Source of the DNA: Verrucomicrobiota bacterium
Lineage (GTDB): Bacteria; Verrucomicrobiota; Verrucomicrobiia; Limisphaerales; UBA11358
Assembly: GCA_049522015.1 (NCBI GenBank)
Contig: JBEKOG010000026.1
Coordinates: forward strand, 3,548 to 67,547
Length of the DNA: 64,000 nucleotides
Reading direction: 5' to 3'
A model generated the notes under the pieces. That model saw nothing but the letters and a program-made list of their open reading frames with translations. It did not search any database and was not told the origin of the DNA. Below are positions 29,933 through 39,142 of this stretch, piece by piece; position 1 is the stretch's first letter, and the number at the start of each line of letters is the position of its first letter. Both the position numbers and the translations under genes were made by a program.

Positions 29933-31314
29933 CCATCGCGCCGCGCAAACTCAGTCTGGCCGAATGGGACGATCGTTACGATCAATTGGTCCGTGCCGGG
30001 TTGAAAGAACCGGGTTACGGCGGGCCGCTGCGCCGTCACGTCGTCAAGGAAAGTGATTTACGTCTTCAACACCTGCGTTTCGACAACTCGGCGGCCGCGC
30101 TCCGGCTCTGGAATTTCCTGCTGACCGAGAACGAACGCCTGCACCAGGCCCGCGCCCGCGGCGACAAGATTGTCGGCACGATGAAAGACCTCGGCACGGT
30201 TCCCGTCATGGCCTACTCCTTGCCCGGCGTGCGCGCGTTTTATCCCGACGGCGCGTGGTGGACGCCCTGCCTCATGGAATGCAGCGACCATTTGCTGCAA
30301 CAGGCGGAAGCTTTGGGCATTGACGCTTCGTTCTGCCCGGTGCGCGCGATGCTGCCCGCGTTTCTAAACGGCGAACATTTCCCCCGGCCTGATTTGCTGA
30401 TCTGCAGCACCGGCGCGGTTTGTGACGATTTCTCCGCCATCGCGCAACGTCTGGAAACGCTGGGTCATTCGATTCTGTGGTGGGAAATGCCGCGCCGCCG
30501 TCAACCCGATCCCCGGGAGGCTTCGTGCGCGCTGCCGGGAAACCTGCTTGCGCCGCAGGTCCAGGTGGACTGGGTGCGGGAAGAATTGCAGCGGGTCGCC
30601 CAATCGCTGGGCGAACTGGCCGGACAACCTTTGGATGACAATACGCTGACGGACGGGATTCGAAAAGCGAACGAAGTCCGCCACCTGCTTCAGGCGCTGC
30701 GGACGACCGTCTATTCCGCTCCTGGCGCGCCGTTGCCCGCGCTGGAAATGCTCGTCGCGGAAATGCTGGCCATTCATTTCTGCTCCGACCGCGCGGAAAC
30801 CGTCGCCGTGCTTGGCGAACTGCTCGCGGAAGCCGAAAAGCGCGTTCAGCAAAAACAATTCATCATCGACGTGGACGCGGTGCGGATTTTCTGGGTGAAT
30901 CCCGTGGCGGATTTGCGGGCCATGAACCTGCTGGAAGACTGGGGCGGACGCGTCTGCGGCTCGGACTACATGTTCACCCATGCGCTGGATTTGATTCCGG
31001 AAAACCTGCCGCCGCTCGAAGCGCTGGCGCGAACCGCGCTGGCGGATCCGATGGTCGGCTCCACGGCCGAACGCGCCGCGCGAATCGTGCGGGAATGCCG
31101 CGACTTTCATGTCGAAGCGGTGGTCGTGTCGCGCATACCAGGCGCCAGCCATTGCGCGCGCGAGGGAGCCATCATCCGTGAAGCCGTGCAAAAAGCGCTG
31201 GGCCTTCCAACAATCGAGCTTGAAATCCCGCCGGTATGTGATGCCATGCTGCCGACACTTGGCTCGCGGGTGCAGGCGCTGATTGAAACCGCGCGCGCCA
31301 GGAGAAAATCATGA
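29929..31314 (+). CDS. 2-Hydroxyacyl-CoA dehydratase family subunit (large)
   Basis: The start was set at 29929 (MTIAPRKLSLAEW..), overlapping the upstream stop. Motifs are 'KIVGTMKDLGTVPVMAY', 'FCPVRAML', 'CDDFSAI' and 'VVVSRIPGASHCA'. Confidence 0.7.
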   Translation: MTIAPRKLSLAEWDDRYDQLVRAGLKEPGYGGPLRRHVVKESDLRLQHLRFDNSAAALRLWNFLLTENERLHQARARGDKIVGTMKDLGTVPVMAYSLPGVRAFYPDGAWWTPCLMECSDHLLQQAEALGIDASFCPVRAMLPAFLNGEHFPRPDLLICSTGAVCDDFSAIAQRLETLGHSILWWEMPRRRQPDPREASCALPGNLLAPQVQVDWVREELQRVAQSLGELAGQPLDDNTLTDGIRKANEVRHLLQALRTTVYSAPGAPLPALEMLVAEMLAIHFCSDRAETVAVLGELLAEAEKRVQQKQFIIDVDAVRIFWVNPVADLRAMNLLEDWGGRVCGSDYMFTHALDLIPENLPPLEALARTALADPMVGSTAERAARIVRECRDFHVEAVVVSRIPGASHCAREGAIIREAVQKALGLPTIELEIPPVCDAMLPTLGSRVQALIETARARRKS

Positions 31315-32096
31315 TTTGTGCCGGAATTGATGCGGGATCGCGTTCGATCAAAGTTGTGCTGTTCGACACCGAACCGCCGCGCATCCTTTCCACCCGCATT
31401 GGCGATCAGGGAGTGGCCCAGGAACACCTGGCCCGGGAGCTTTTTGAGCAGGCGCTGAACGATGCCGGCATCGGGCGTTCGCGCGTTTCCGGCGTGGTGG
31501 CCACGGGCTACGGCCGCAACGCCATCCGTTTCGCCGACACCACCATCACCGAAATCACGTGCCATGCGCGCGGCGTGCATCACGTGGCTCCTGACGCGCG
31601 CACGATCATCGAAATCGGCGGCCAGGACAGCAAAATCATCCATCTGGAGGACGGCGGACGGGTCCGGGATTTCGCCATGAATGATCGCTGCGCGGCCGGC
31701 ACGGGCCGGTTTCTGGAAATGGTCGCCTCCCGGCTGGGGGTGGACTGGCCGAAACTTGCGGAACTCGGTCGCGACAGCAAAAAACCGGCGCTCATCAGCA
31801 ATATGTGCGTGGTGTTTGCCGAAACGGAGATCATCGGGTTGCTGGCCGAAGGCGTGCCTGTGCCGGATGTCGTTGCCGGCGTACAAAACGCAATTGCCAC
31901 GCGCGTCGTGGCCTTGGTCGGGCGTTCGGTCGTTCCGCCGGTGTATTTTACGGGCGGCGTGGCCCTGCAACCGGGAATGACGCGCGCACTGGCTGAAGTC
32001 CTGTCCTGTCCGCTCCGCGTCGCTCCCCATCCGCAATTCACCGGCGCGCTCGGGGCGGCATTGCTTGCGGGCGGACAGAACCGGGCAAAATTGTAG
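31311..32096 (+). CDS. BadF/BadG/BcrA/BcrD-type ATPase (dehydratase/reductase activase)
   Basis: Motifs are 'GIDAGSRSIKVVLFD', 'ATGYGR', 'EITCHARG', 'IIEIGGQDSKII' and 'NDRCAAGTGRFLE' (a cluster-bridging Cys). Confidence 0.9.
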   Translation: MICAGIDAGSRSIKVVLFDTEPPRILSTRIGDQGVAQEHLARELFEQALNDAGIGRSRVSGVVATGYGRNAIRFADTTITEITCHARGVHHVAPDARTIIEIGGQDSKIIHLEDGGRVRDFAMNDRCAAGTGRFLEMVASRLGVDWPKLAELGRDSKKPALISNMCVVFAETEIIGLLAEGVPVPDVVAGVQNAIATRVVALVGRSVVPPVYFTGGVALQPGMTRALAEVLSCPLRVAPHPQFTGALGAALLAGGQNRAKL

Positions 32097-32329
32097 CGCC
32101 GATCCCCATTCCTTGACAGTCCGTTAAAGAACTCGTTCATTCGTAGGAGCCGAGGTGACGAGGCTCTGACTGAATTTACGATATGCGATTTACGATTTAC
32201 GAGTTCGTCCACAATATCTGCGCACCGCGTAAATCGTATATCGTAAATCGAAAATAATGAGCCTCCTTACCGGTCTTCGCACCAAGTACTACGACCCGGC
32301 AGGCGTCGGCCCCTACTATTGATGGGCCG

Positions 32330-32644
32330 CTACCGGCAGAGGCTCAACAACGACAGCCCGACGAAGAACAACAAGATTACCAGTGCGCTGATCACGACGC
32401 CAGCAATGGCCGCTGCCCGGTTGCCACCGCGGACCCACCCGCTGATGCTCACAATCAGCGCGACGGGCGGTGTCAGAAATATCGTCAGCCCGCCAAGGGC
32501 CGAAAGGGGCGATCTTCACCCGGGCCGGAGGACCACCATCAGCACCAGAGCCGCAGGCGCAGCGAGCGACAGCCAAAAACCCACCCGCCCCAAGTTTGAA
32601 TGCGGGACTTCCGGCGGAATCTGACCTGGTTCAATCGTTTCCAT
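32330..32644 (-). CDS. Small membrane protein candidate interrupted by an in-frame TGA (selenoprotein candidate or pseudogene)
   Basis: An ATG at 32644 lies 20 nt downstream of the selenoprotein A stop. The frame reads METIEPGQIPPEVPHSNLGRVGFWLSLAAPAALVLMVVLRPG-[TGA 32516-32518]-RSPLSALGGLTIFLTPPVALIVSISGWVRGGNRAAAIAGVVISALVILLFFVGLSLLSLCR-TAG. TM-like sequence lies on both sides of the TGA in one frame. This ORF is not in the ORF track. Confidence 0.3.
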
Positions 32645-32663
32645 GCGAGCGTACCGGTCGGCC

Positions 32664-34199
32664 TTACAACTTCGTATCTATCGGCTTGCTGATCGTCTCC
32701 ACGGGCGCCAGATCGAACTGGACTTTGATGGTGACGGTCTTGCCAGCCAGCTCTTTGGGCACTCGCCATGAGTGCGAACAAACGCCGCCTCAGCCAAACT
32801 CCATGTTGCCCGAAGCCACCTGTTTGCCATCGGCGGTATTGATCGCAAAGGCCGGCTTCGGCGGCTGGCGCAGGTTCCCTTTGTCTCCCTTGAGGAAAAA
32901 GCTTGAATACGTTTCGCCGCCGGCGCCGAGCACGGAAGCCTGGATGAACTGCTGCAACACCGGTTCGGCCCCGGCGTTCCCCCCAAAAACCCAGTCCAGA
33001 AACGATCCGGATTCCGACGCGGTCGAACCACTGTTCCGGTTGTCACGCGCCGACGTGACCTTGACTTCGAGGGGCGCGCCGCACTTGAACGGCGTGGCGG
33101 CGTCAGCCCGTGCCATGGTGGTGTCCTTCGGAGTGCGTTTGTATCCACTGAGAATCAAAGTTTCGCCGGCCGCGTTTTTGACTTTGAGCGTGCAGGTGTA
33201 AAGCCGGTAATTGCCGGACGGCACTTTGGCTTTTCCGTTTTCAACGCCGGGCTGAAGCAGTTGCCATTCGCCGGGTGCGGCTTCCCACGCCACCTGGAGG
33301 CCGTTCACCTGTTCGCCATGCGGTTGCAACGCCAGTTCCGCCAGCGGCCCGGCCCACGGTTCAAGCGCGAGCGATTTGTCGTCGGCCGCCAGAACGGCCT
33401 GGTAGGGTTTCGCACCCAGATACAGCACCGGTCCAAACGGGGCCGATACGCTGCTCCCGATGGAATTTTCGAATTTGCCGGAGCCATCGTTGCCCACGAG
33501 AAAATAATCACCGCCTTGGAAATACCAGTTGGTTTCGGTGCCATTCTGGTAGGTGGTCGGTTGATTGAAATCTCCCAGCCGGAAGTTGCAGTTTCCATCA
33601 ACGATGCCCACTTTCTGCGTCACGCCGTCCAAGTCCACCGTGGTTTCCAGGTACCAGCCCGCCTTGAACCGCAACTGGCCGAGGTAGGAAGTGTTCCTGT
33701 TCGCAACGGCATCTGCGGGCGGCGTGTAGAGATACATCTGGGCAAAATAAATCGGCCGCCACGTGCCAATCATTTTTCCCTCCGGCACCGGGATTGGCCC
33801 AAAGAGTGCGATCTCCGTCCGGTCCGCCGCGGACGTTTGCCTGGGCTGCTCCACCCGCGCGGCCACGGGGTCGTCCGTCAGATCGCCGTTTTGGTTCAGG
33901 TCCACAATCAAACGATCGTAACCCTTGCCATCACCCTTGGATTCATCAATCCGGAACCACAACCGGTTTGTCGAGACGGACATTTGGCCGTAAAGCGGAT
34001 GTTTGGAAATTGCCGGAGGCGCCTTGGTGATGGCGCCGGGTTTGTCGAGCTGCAAGGTTCCGTACAGGCCCGAGCCGCCGGGGAAGGCCATGGCTTCCTC
34101 GGCGTTCAAGGTCTTGAATTCCAGCGGAAAGTCTTTCGCGGGCGCAAGGACTGGGATTGCCAGGAGAACCAGACTCCAAACAAGCATCGTTTTTTTCAT
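32664..34199 (-). CDS. Secreted selenoprotein candidate, paralog A (TGA at 32790-32792 read as Sec)
   Basis: The listed ORF 32790-34199 has the signal peptide MKKTMLVWSLVLLAIPVLAPA and ends ..GNMEFG-TGA. The frame continues GGVCSHSWRVPKELAGKTVTIKVQFDLAPVETISKPIDTKL to a TAA at 32664. The motif and the hairpin are shared with four paralogs. Confidence 0.7.
32759..32792 (-). promoter_or_regulatory. Putative SECIS element, paralog A (UGA plus hairpin)
   Basis: The RNA reads UGA-N14-GCACUC-AUGGC-GAGUGC. Confidence 0.65.
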
Positions 34200-36517
34200 A
34201 ACTGTTCCTGTTCCTTTCGCTGCAATATAGGCTTTTGAGGTTCCAAGTGAAGGAGATTCTTGAGTCGCTCACGGAACAATGGGTTGATCCAAGACAGGAC
34301 CAGGAACGGCAGCAGCGTCGCGAAAATGAGCACCACCATGAACGGCCCGATCCGGAGGAATACGGCGTAATCCACGCTGCCGGGCGAGGCCATCCGGCAC
34401 AAAAAATGGAGCAGCGCCGACGCCGCAACCCAGGCTGTCGGCAGGGACAAGAAAAGCCACAGGCAGAACCACCACGGACGATGGCGCCACCGACAGGCCA
34501 GCCCGGACAAAGCCATGGCCGCAGCGACCACCAAGGCCAGCAGCACCGGCAGAACGAGAAACGGCAACGCCATCTCTCCCACGCCGGCGGTGTCCGTACA
34601 GCGTCGCGGGTCTAAAAGGCTCATGACTGGCTCCACCACCAGACCCCAGCCGGCGGTGGCCGCAAAACTGAAAACGATGAAAATGACCAGGACGGCCAAT
34701 GTGCCCAGGAAAGTGCGGAAGCGATAGCCGCGGCCAAGGTAGGAGGCCAGCAACCAGAGCGCGGCCAACCCAAACGCCAGAGCAACAGGAACGGCCAAAA
34801 TAATTTCGAGCATCCCCTTGGGCAGGCCGGTATTTGAGCTTTGCAATGCCAGTTCCAGACAATGCCACCCGGCCGCCAGACCCGCCAAGGGCAGCCAGAT
34901 CCACCACGCGGACCAGCCGTGATTGGGTTTGAGCGCCAGCAAAGCCAGGATAGCCAGCCACGGCAGCAACGGCGACATCAGGCCCGCTGCCGTCCAATTA
35001 CAAGTGACCACCGGACCTTCCGTGGCACCCAAGCCGCCCAAACCCCGCGAAGCAGCGATTTGGAGTTGGCCAGCCGTCGTCGAGGGTACTCGCCATGAGT
35101 ACGAGCAGAAGCCGTCTCAGCCAAATTCAAACTGGCCCGACCCGATCTGTTTCCCCGACCTGCCAACGGTAAATTGCGGCGGCTTCCAGTCGCTCCCTCT
35201 CACCAGCCAGTATTCTCCACCGCCGGCGCCGATCAATCGGTAGCTGAGAAGCAGGTTCCGTCCGCGGCGGGCGGCGGAGACGCAATTGGTCAACGGCCCG
35301 CCCACGGCCAACACTGCCGGTCGCTGCTCATCCACCACGACCGCCTGCTCCGGTGGCGGCGGACTCACCACCGGCAGTTGCGACCCGGTGATTTCCTCGA
35401 TCACATTCGCCTTCCCGGTTTGCGGCAGGCCGAAATTGAAGTAGGCCTCCGCCTCGCCCTGCTTGAGCCAGACGCGGTAGGGCTGGTATCGGCCGGGGGG
35501 GACCTTTACGCTGGCCGGGGGCTGGGTCAGGACGACCACATACGGCCCGCCCGTCAGGACGAGGCGCTGAATGAAACTGCCGGTGATTTGCAATTCGCCC
35601 AGCGGGGTTTGCTGTTCGGTCAACCGCAGCGCAAGTTTCTCGTCACGGCCTCGCGGCTCGGCGCTCCAGTCCAACTGGCAGGCGTGTCCCTCAAAAAAGA
35701 TCCCGGGCGAAAAGGCGAAGGCGTCCGACGCTCTCACCACCCAGTTCTTCCCTTCCCAGGGAATCGCCAATGTGTCCTCCGGTTTTTCGCTGGAGGCACT
35801 GAACCGTTTGTTTCGCTCCTCCCAGGGACGCAGCAACAATTGGCCGTGCTCGAAAGACCCCGGCTGGCCTGACAGGTTCTGCACCAATCCCACCTGCCAA
35901 TCATGTCCGGCCACGGTCACCTTGCCCTGCCAGAACGAACGTGCCATCACGTTGACCAGCGGTCGCCCGGAATCGCCGTACTGAAAGAAATCGAAATCCA
36001 CCAGCATGGGAGCGCCGGCTGACGTTGCCGGAAAAGAGAGGTGGATGTTCGTGAACACCTGATGATTGAGCGTTGGAAAACGCGGGCCCGTCAGGCTCCC
36101 GTAAAACACCCCGTTCGCATCATCGGTCAAATCCCGGTTGCGATTCAGATCGAGGAAGAGTTTTTTTGCGCCGGTTTGCCAGACGAAAGGAATGGCGTTG
36201 CTGGGGTTGTCGCCAAATTTCAACACCCCGCGAACGACATGACCGGGAGCCAGCGCCGGCTCTTTGGGGAACGGGACCGGTCGGCACTCGATGGAAATAT
36301 TCCGGAACAGAAACTGGTAGCTTGTCTCCTGATACTCCAGCGGAACCGTGGTCACCGTTCCGGATGGAGCAGTGGGCTGGGCGGAATCCTCGCTGCCCGA
36401 AACATTGCCCGGGCAAGACACCGCGATGACGGCCGCCGCCAGCAACGCGGCCCCTGGCCACGTCCAGCCTTTCCGCGGCAGCCAAAGCATCCTTCGCTTT
36501 CTCATAATGGCCGGCAT
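34196..36517 (-). CDS. Selenoprotein candidate, paralog B: exported domain - Sec - polytopic membrane domain (TGA at 35117-35119 read as Sec)
   Basis: The listed ORFs 35117-36517 (466 aa, ends ..GQFEFG-TGA) and 34196-35041 (281 aa, multi-TM) are in the same frame with no other stop between them. The bridge reads DGFCSYSWRVPSTTAGQLQIAASRG. The total is 773 codons. An ATGA overlap joins it to the start of paralog A (34196-34199). Confidence 0.6.
35086..35119 (-). promoter_or_regulatory. Putative SECIS element, paralog B
   Basis: The RNA reads UGA-N14-GUACUC-AUGGC-GAGUAC. Confidence 0.65.
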
Positions 36518-36677
36518 TTCTGATGTCGGAGATTCAATGTCCGGTTAGACCGTACGGTCGGGGAAACGTCACGCGTCACTTTTTTTCACGCGTTGGATTC
36601 AGAATTGCCCATCGTGGCACTTTTCGTCCAGGGCGGCGATGATGCGCCGCACTTGTGCCGCTTCCAGTTTTTCATCC

Positions 36678-36926
36678 TCACGGCGCAGGAATCCAAACCC
36701 GAGACTCGTCTCCCAATTTCAGTTGGTGACAATTTGTCACCGACTGACTTCCTTCCTTCCCAAGCCGCTCTTTCAGCTTGTTCCAATACTTTCTGGCCGT
36801 CTGGTAATCGGCCTGCTGGGTGAGGACTTGGATGATGTCCACGACGGAGAAGAACCAGGTTTCGGTCTTTTCGTCGTAGAGGCGGCGGATTCTGTGTCCC
36901 TCAAAAATGGCCAGGTCCTTTTTCAT
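36678..36926 (-). pseudogene. Truncated Bro-N/DinD-like (phage antirepressor-type) gene fragment
   Basis: 'MKKDLAIFEGHRIRRLYDEKTETWFFSVVDIIQVLTQ...YWNKLKERLGKEGSQSVTNCHQLKL' matches the N-terminus of this family from memory. It stops after 82 aa, whereas family members are much longer. A second frame downstream (36586-36700) continues with plausible protein-like sequence, which suggests a frameshift or truncation. Confidence 0.5.
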
Positions 36927-37416
36927 AATGGTGGTGTGAATTCATTGAATCAAGGTGCGGGCATCGTATTTCAAAACGTGGCATGGGCAAATAAAAATGG
37001 TGTCCAGAGGCGCTGACTGTTGTCGCAGCGCCGGGACACGCAGGTGAAAACTGCCTCGTGATGAAACAACGAACACCCTTCGCGAGCGTCGGCGGGGTCG
37101 TCCGCAGCACCATTGCAATCCGGGAGGCGGAGCGATTGAAACTGTCGGCGGGTTCGAAGCGGAGGTGTGAGTTGATTGATTTATTCTGACTGTTTCCCAT
37201 AAGCCATGCCGCGTAAAAGGCGCTGCCTCACGCGGCAGGCTAAAGATGTTTTCAGCATTCAGCATTCAGCATTTCTCCTTCCTTCTGCAAGCAAGGTTGA
37301 CCTCGAAAGTGGGGAAGGCCATCCTGTCAACGTCGCGCCCACATAAAACGGGCGCCGTGCCAGACACGCGTAAAAGGCTTTCAGCCTCACGCGGCGGGCC
37401 AAGTAAAGCAAAGATT

Positions 37417-38958
37417 ATGTCGGACCCAAAACAGGAGCTGCTCTGGAATCTTCCCTCCGTCACCGAATTGCTGAAGAGCGAGACAGTCGCCGGCTGGCTC
37501 CGGCAACAGCCCCTGTCGCTGGTGACCGAGTGTTTGCGCCGCGCCGTCGAAAATTTGCGGCGGCAAATCCTCGATGATCGTGGGACAGGCTTCCAGCCTG
37601 TCTCTGACATCAAAACATCACCCCCTTCGCGCGTTGGCCCGAAGCAGGCGGGTTCATCACCGAACGGCGGGCTGCCGGAAAGAATACGGAGACAGGCTGG
37701 AAGCCTGTCCCACGAAGATTCCGGCGCTCTCGTGCAGGAATTCAACCGCATCGTATTGAGTCAGGCGGGCGAGTTGCTTCGTCAGGCCGTCGAGCCGCGC
37801 GTGCGCGAGGCCATCAACGCCACCGGCATCATTCTCCACACCGGCCTGGGGCGCGCGGTCTTTCCCGGCTGTGTCGTGGATTCGATGATTCCCGGATTGA
37901 AGGGTTACGTGAACCTGGCCGTGGATCGCGATTCCGGCGGGCGCGTTGAACGGGATGAACTGGTCGAACCCCTGTTCACCGAACTCACCGGCGCCGAAGC
38001 CGCCACGGTCGTCAACAACAATGCCGGCGCCACGCTGCTGGTCCTGGCCGCGCTCGCGGCGCGACGCGAAGTCGTCGTTTCGCGCGGCCAGCTCATTGAG
38101 ATCGGCGGTTCCTTCCGGCTGCCCGATGTGATGGCGCAAAGCCGGGCGCGGCTGGTCGAGGTGGGCACGACCAACCGGACGCACCTCAAGGATTATCGCA
38201 ACGCCATCACGGAGAAGACCGCCGCGCTCATGCGCGTGCATCCGAGCAACTACCGCGTCGTCGGTTTCACCAGCGAAGTGCCGCTCGCCGAACTCGCTGA
38301 ACTGGCGCACAGCAAGAATTTGCTTTTGATTGATGATCTCGGAGCGGGCGCGTTGCTGGATTTGCGCCAGTTCGGGCTGCCGCACGAAACGACCGTCCGC
38401 GAATCGATCGAGGCCGGGGCAGACGTGGTTTTGTTCAGCGCCGACAAGCTGATTGGCGCCAATCAGAGCGGAATCATTGTCGGGCGCAAGGAGGCGATTG
38501 CCAAAATCCGAAAGCATCCCCTGATGCGCGCCTTGCGCGTGGACAAGACCTGCATCATGGTTCTGGAACGCACGCTGCATTTGTTCCGCGACCCCGAGTT
38601 GCTCCGCCGCGAGCATCCGACCTATCGCATGATGACCACACCGCCCGACGCGCTCCAGCATCGCGCCGAGGCGTTGGCCCAAGCCATCCGGGAGAAAGCG
38701 CCGCGCGCGAAGGCGGACATTCACGCGAGCCAGGCTTATCTGGGCAGCGGTTCGTTGCCGGAGGAAGCGATTCCCAGCCTGGTCGTGAGCGTCAGCTTGC
38801 CCGGCATGAAAGCCACGGACCTGGCGCGGGCGCTGCGACTGGACCAGGCGTGTGTCTTTGGACGCATCGAACACGAGCGGGTTTTGTTGGATGTGCGGAC
38901 CATCACCGATGTGCAGGTGAAGGCGATTGCCGGGGCGCTGGGGAGAATCGCGGGATGA
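37417..38958 (+). CDS. selA: L-seryl-tRNA(Sec) selenium transferase
   Basis: The start was set at 37417 (MSDPKQELLWNLPSVTELL..). Motifs are 'INATGIILHTGLGRA', 'VNNNAGA', 'SRGQLIEIGGSFRLPDVM', 'VGTTNRTH' and the PLP lysine in 'FSADKLIG'. It contains an in-frame double hairpin (37582-37711). Confidence 0.9.
   Translation: MSDPKQELLWNLPSVTELLKSETVAGWLRQQPLSLVTECLRRAVENLRRQILDDRGTGFQPVSDIKTSPPSRVGPKQAGSSPNGGLPERIRRQAGSLSHEDSGALVQEFNRIVLSQAGELLRQAVEPRVREAINATGIILHTGLGRAVFPGCVVDSMIPGLKGYVNLAVDRDSGGRVERDELVEPLFTELTGAEAATVVNNNAGATLLVLAALAARREVVVSRGQLIEIGGSFRLPDVMAQSRARLVEVGTTNRTHLKDYRNAITEKTAALMRVHPSNYRVVGFTSEVPLAELAELAHSKNLLLIDDLGAGALLDLRQFGLPHETTVRESIEAGADVVLFSADKLIGANQSGIIVGRKEAIAKIRKHPLMRALRVDKTCIMVLERTLHLFRDPELLRREHPTYRMMTTPPDALQHRAEALAQAIREKAPRAKADIHASQAYLGSGSLPEEAIPSLVVSVSLPGMKATDLARALRLDQACVFGRIEHERVLLDVRTITDVQVKAIAGALGRIAG
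37582..37711. repeat. Pair of inverted GACAGGCT-TCC-AGCCTGTC hairpin repeats inside the selA coding sequence
   Basis: The left arm GGGACAGGCTTCCAGCCTGTCTC (37582-37604) and the right arm GGAGACAGGCTGGAAGCCTGTCCC (37688-37711) are reverse complements. They encode ..GTGFQPVS....RQAGSLSH.., a segment that from memory is absent from E. coli SelA. Confidence 0.65.
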
Positions 38959-38975
38959 AGATTCAATTTGAAACC

Positions 38976-39133
38976 GGGAGTGATGGGGTGATGGAGCGTT
39001 GGAGTGCTGCAAAGGCAAAGCAGGTCAACACCGAACATCCAACATCCAACATCCAACAACGAATGAAGGGCTGCGCCCGTCTGGTTTTGGCATTGGATGT
39101 TCGATGTTGGATGTTGGATGTTGGATGTTCCCA
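38976..39133. repeat. REP cluster in the selA-selB spacer
   Basis: GGAGTGATGG-type units come first. Then CCAACATCCAACATCCAACA ... TTGGATGTTCGATGTTGGATGTTGGATGTTGGATG forms a long inverted repeat. Confidence 0.7.
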
Positions 39134-39142
39134 CTTCTCCTC

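Noticed and set aside
33261-34238. Long ORFs antisense to the selenoprotein paralogs (33261-34238, 35174-35872, 43493-44626, 50578-51726).
   Set aside because: The sense frames have signal peptides, mutual paralogy and the conserved UGA motif. The antisense frames share none of this and are Arg/Gly-rich.
34196-35041. The membrane ORFs (34196-35041 and 51647-52486) treated as independent genes starting at TTG/GTG.
   Set aside because: This is not fully excluded. However, the proposed starts lie inside the conserved post-UGA motif or hairpin, lack an obvious ribosome-binding site, and are exactly in frame with the upstream ORFs in both paralogs. The read-through fusion is therefore preferred.
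37657-39018. A 453-aa ORF antisense to selA.
   Set aside because: selA motifs on the plus strand are decisive. This is an antisense high-GC artefact.
38976-39133. A possible CRISPR array, suggested by the short direct repeats CCAACATC / TTGGATGT.
   Set aside because: The units are 8 nt long and contiguous without spacers, and they form one long inverted repeat. No cas genes are present. This is a REP-type element.
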